Position numbers and translations under genes: made by a program. A stretch of DNA of 63,069 nucleotides, filler included, from Craspedostauros australis (Eukaryota), in the NCBI GenBank assembly GCA_030167865.1. It is 4 parts of 4 records of this genome, joined end to end, with 100 filler letters (N's around TTAATTAATTAA, not from the genome) between each part and the next. Parts side by side here need not be neighbours in the genome. Positions count along the whole stretch, not along the records: positions 59,295 to 61,325 come from JALAGF010005002.1; positions 61,426 to 63,069 come from JALAGF010005003.1; 2 more parts are not named here. One strand, written 5' to 3'. Below, piece after piece: positions 59,295 to 63,069 of this stretch (position 1 is its first letter; every line of letters starts with the position of its first letter). Below the pieces are notes generated by a model. That model saw only the letters and a program-made list of their open reading frames with translations, searched no databases and was not told the origin of the DNA.

Positions 59295-61325
59295 GTAACT
59301 AATGTCAATGAAGAGCCGTTCGCCACGGCGAGTTGCTCTCGGAATGGTTGCCTTCGGAATATTCTTCACTCTTGCGTTTGCGACCGCGCAGTCGCGACAT
59401 ACCGGCATCTCGCCGATTATCTTCCATCCATACTGAGCGGCCGTCCGCTTCATGGTCTCGAGTGGCGCGTGGCCGAGCATTCGGTGCAGGTTCACCGCGC
59501 TGNNNNNNNNNNNNNNNNNNNNNNNNNNNNNNNNNNNNNNNNNNNNNNNNNNNNNNNNNNNNNNNNNNNNNNNNNNNNNNNNNNNNNNNNNNNNNNNNNN
59601 NNNNNNGAACACGATCTTCGTTCCGGATCCGTTGATGATGTCCATCAGAATGCCGTTGTTACCAAGCTGGTAACTGTTGTACAGAGCCTTATTCGTGGAG
59701 AAAAGGTTCACCGCCATTTTCGGTGTGTACTTCACGTCATCAAGCCGGATGACGTGGCCAGTGTTGTCTCGCTGCTTGACCTTCAAGCGAATGGATCCCA
59801 TCTTGGGAGAGTCCAGCTTCGTGCTGTCTCCCACTTGGACNNNNNNNNNNNNNNNNNNNNNNNNNNNNNNNNNNNNNNNNNNNNNNNNGATGTGACACGA
59901 AGCTCCGCTGTCGGCGAGCCAGGTGTCCTTGTTGACCTTGTCCTTGTATCTGGTGCTCAGCTCGTGGAGCTGTTCCACGGCTGCCGCAGCTATCTCGTCG
60001 TTGAAGCTGCCGTCATCGTTGTCTTCGTGGACTCCATCTTCGTTGTATGGATTGTGGTGCTCCTCATCATCCATGTAATCGGGTAGTTGCGCATAGTCCG
60101 ATGGAATCGTACTGTTCCGATGCGATCCTGTGGCTGGATCATATGGGTGGACGCGTGATCGCTCGCGTAAGAGCACGCGCATGCATCCTCCAAGGATGTA
60201 ATGCAGATTCGTCTCTGGGATCGTTTCCGAGTTGTTCGCTTCCAGTATGCGGTGGATGATGATCGCATTGACAAGGATCTCTTCGATTGATTCGAAGTGC
60301 TCGGATAGGATGGATCCCATCATGTTCACCCATATTGGCATGAGTGCTCCTCGTGTGGTTCCTGGGAACAATCGCATTCCCGCTTCCATTACGGCGTCAA
60401 AGATGAGCTGCTTTTGGATTGTTAATGCTGTTGCTGTTGCATTTGGGATGGTGCTGTGACGGAGGAGGTAGTTGGACCTGTTGGGATCCTCAATAGGTGG
60501 GAAGTCGATGTTCCCTGGGTAGACGACACGCTCGTTTGGATTGAAGCTGTCGTCTGGATGATTGCCGTCTTCGGATTCGTCGCTGTCATCTTCATCAAAG
60601 ATGCCCGATCTGTTGTTCCCCGCCACTGGAGGAGGCGGCGCCGCGGCACGGTTCGCCTCGTTGTCTTCATGTACACCGTCCTCGTTGGTGTCGTCGTCGT
60701 CATCGCTCATGGCCTCTTCGATGTCGCTATCGTTGGCCTCGTTGTCCATCTCAGCTTCGTCGCCGTATGAACCGATCAGGTCGTGCGCGTTGAAGCAGCA
60801 TTCGTAGCTCACTTCATGTCTTGGATCCACCTCGTGGATGATGGGCTCCTCGCTGAGCCACTCCGGGACGATCTCATCGTCCTGTACTTCGTCGTCACTT
60901 CCGACGCACTCGAAGTTATCGAAGAAGGAGTCTTCGATGTAGTTGTCGGACACCAACATGCAGAGCGGCATGTCTTGCGCTGAGAGTACCATCTCGTGCC
61001 CGCTCTTGTCGTGTCCTTCCGTAGCCGCGTTGGCTTGTTCGTTGTTCTTCTTGCTCTCGTTNNNNNNNNNNNNNNNNNNNNNNNNNNNNNNNNNNNNNNN
61101 NNNNNNNNNNNGGCTTGTTCGTTGTTCTTCTTGCTCTCGTTGAACTTCTTCTTTCGGCACTCCGCCTCGCGATGTCCGAAGATGCCGCAGTAGTTACACT
61201 TGCCCTTGAAGCCGCTTCCTTTGTTGCGCTTTCCATTCATCTTGTTGTTTTTCTTGTTGTTCGATTTCTTGCGTTCTGGACAATCGGCGGATCTATGACC
61301 ATACACGCCACAGTTGTGACAAGTA
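59295..61325 (-). mobile_element. Fragment of a second, classical Ty1/copia element (gag knuckles, protease, pre-integrase, integrase start)
   Basis: Two CX2CX4HX4C knuckles (CHNCGVYGHRSADC and CNYCGIFGHREAEC), protease WLADSGASCHI, LDDVKYTPKMAVNLFS, HHCC LHRMLGH...CRDC and GERLFIDIS. Fills the whole contig between two linkers. Confidence 0.9.
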
Positions 61326-61369
61326 NNNNNNNNNNNNNNNNNNNNNNNNNNNNNNNNNNNNNNNNNNNN

Positions 61370-61381
61370 TTAATTAATTAA
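61370..61381. other. Artificial contig linker (six-frame stop)
   Basis: TTAATTAATTAA flanked by N runs. Confidence 0.97.
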
Positions 61382-62510
61382 NNNNNNNNNNNNNNNNNNN
61401 NNNNNNNNNNNNNNNNNNNNNNNNNTGTTTGGCTGGTTTTCTGCGTTGGCGACTTTGCTTGTTGTGCAAAACTCCTCTGTCGGCCACCATGATCACCCGA
61501 CTGAAAAAAACACCCGAAGCAAAAACGACTCTTTTGCACCAACAACAGTAAAAAGCGCAAAATATATGTCTGTCCGTCAACACGGCCACCAGCAATCGCG
61601 AAGGTTCAGGCAGCGACGGCTCGGANNNNNNNNNNNNNNNNNNNNNNNNNNNNNNNNNNNNNNNNNNNNNNNNNNCTACGGGCGATGGTGATGGTTCTCG
61701 CCAAAACGAGCATGCCCGCTTGCACAACACAACTCCGCGACGTGCCGGACGAGAACAACAAAAACATGGCCCAAATTGGGCGGAAATGTTGGGTGCACCC
61801 TCAACACGAAGTCTTGCTGCAACCCGTTTTTGTTGAACCGGCATTGACGGAAGATTGACGGTTCTCGTCAAAAAGTCGGACCGACGGAGCATTGCTACAA
61901 CACGGCGCACTGCGAGAGCCTCGGAAGGACGGACCAACTGGCCAAAAAATGTCTCCCCCCGCGACTCGTTGGTTTGTGACTGAATGGGCTCATAACCCAA
62001 GAACGACACACACAGGAAACAGACACGGTGACAACGTGACCAGCGTAACAGCAGGAACCCAGCAACAGTTGGGACTCAGAGGCAAGCTCATTGATGGCTT
62101 CCAGCCTTGGAATGCTGGAAAGTCCGACTGCCGTAGGTCCGTTGCTGCATAGTGATGATGCTCACAGTGACCACAACAACAGCAGAGCATGGAACAGGAT
62201 CACAAATACGGACATCTTGTGCAGCAACAACAGCACAAGTTGGTGCAGGAGATTGTTTGGATCCTCTCTTTTCTTTTTCTTTGTCATGCCATCTTCTTCC
62301 AGCCTTGCCAAGGCCGCGACTAGTCTTGGTTTCGATGGTTCTTGCTCCTTATTGCTTGGCGGCGGGTGCAGTTTGGGTGGTGAGTGTCGCGGTGCGATGC
62401 TGGTTGATCTGGTGGGTTCGCCCGAGCTGAAGCTCGTCTCTCTCTCTCTCTCTTCGAAGTGAGGATGCCTGTTGGAGTGGATTTCTGTGGTCGTCTCATG
62501 TCGTGATGTC

Positions 62511-63069
62511 CATGTGTGTATATGCATTGTTCACCTGCTATTCTCTTATACTCATGTACAGATGGTACAACTACATTGGTATCAATAGTGAACTGTGATT
62601 GTCAAAATCATATCACAAAATCGAACACAAGAAAATGAGCAGGATTTTTGGAGGAAATTTGCAAACAATGATTTCTGAAAGCATCAGGAATCTCGTCCAT
62701 CCATCAACCAATGGAAACATATGGCATCAAGCGAAGCTCAATGTATTTCCCAACTAAACCTCAAATGATAATACCCTTGCCAGACCACTGCATCATCAAT
62801 GGAATGTGAAATCAGAAGGACCATGGAAGCTGATGTCGAGATGTACATGTGAGTATATGTCAAGATGTACATGTATATGTGCATCGTTCACCCGTTATTC
62901 TCTCATACGCACTTGGACGGTATAACTACATTCGTGTCGATAGTATGCTGTGATTCGTCAGAATTACAGTGGAAATGGAACACAAGAAAATGAGCAGAAT
63001 TTCTGGAGGAAATTTGCAATCGACGATTTCTGAGAGAATTAGAAATATCGTCCGTCCATCCATCAATGG
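62511..63069. repeat. Diverged direct repeat, period ~355 bp, running off the window end
   Basis: 62511-62714 aligns with 62870-63069. For example AACACAAGAAAATGAGCA occurs at 62624 and 62979, and TGGAGGAAATTTGCAA is present in both copies. Confidence 0.85.

Noticed and set aside
61032..61141. 30-bp direct repeat (NESKKNNEQA twice) in the copia gag
   Set aside because: Identical copies sit directly on each side of an N gap, which indicates a scaffolding overlap artefact.

Overview
Eukaryotic nuclear DNA, almost certainly from a diatom: it carries a SIT silicon transporter, diatom-type (CoDi-like) Ty1/copia elements, a plastid-targeting ASAFAP-like presequence and short GT-AG introns. The window is not continuous. 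Three N-flanked TTAATTAATTAA six-frame-stop linkers (31179, 59239, 61370) join four unrelated contigs, so gene order across them means nothing. Contig 1 (1-31133) holds a tRNA-like fragment, a 3'-truncated CoDi-type copia (gag and pol in one frame, split by two TGA stops), an SGNH/GDS esterase-like gene, an Mpv17/PMP22 gene, a TPR gene, a 5-exon membrane cyclase-phosphodiesterase fusion, a membrane-anchored LRR gene, RPL10, an orphan, UTP4 and a PTSA-repeat mucin-like protein with a Cys-rich tail. Contig 2 (31234-59194) holds a partial SIT, ATG2, an acidic/lysine-rich protein, a putative mitochondrial membrane protein, a stand-alone ShKT protein, CENP-C, a dsRBD-like repeat protein, a 60-aa secreted RXL micropeptide candidate and a 4-exon M11 (gametolysin-like) metalloprotease. 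Contig 3 (59295-61325) is a fragment of a second, classical copia. Contig 4 (61426-63069) appears non-coding and ends in a ~355-bp-period repeat with CpG decay. I see no supportable multi-gene novel system. The best leads are single loci: possible UGA readthrough in the copia, the tRNA-like insert with 11-bp direct repeats, the mucin/Cys-repeat protein, the dsRBD-like protein and the RXL micropeptide. Family assignments come from recognising motifs by eye, not from database searches.
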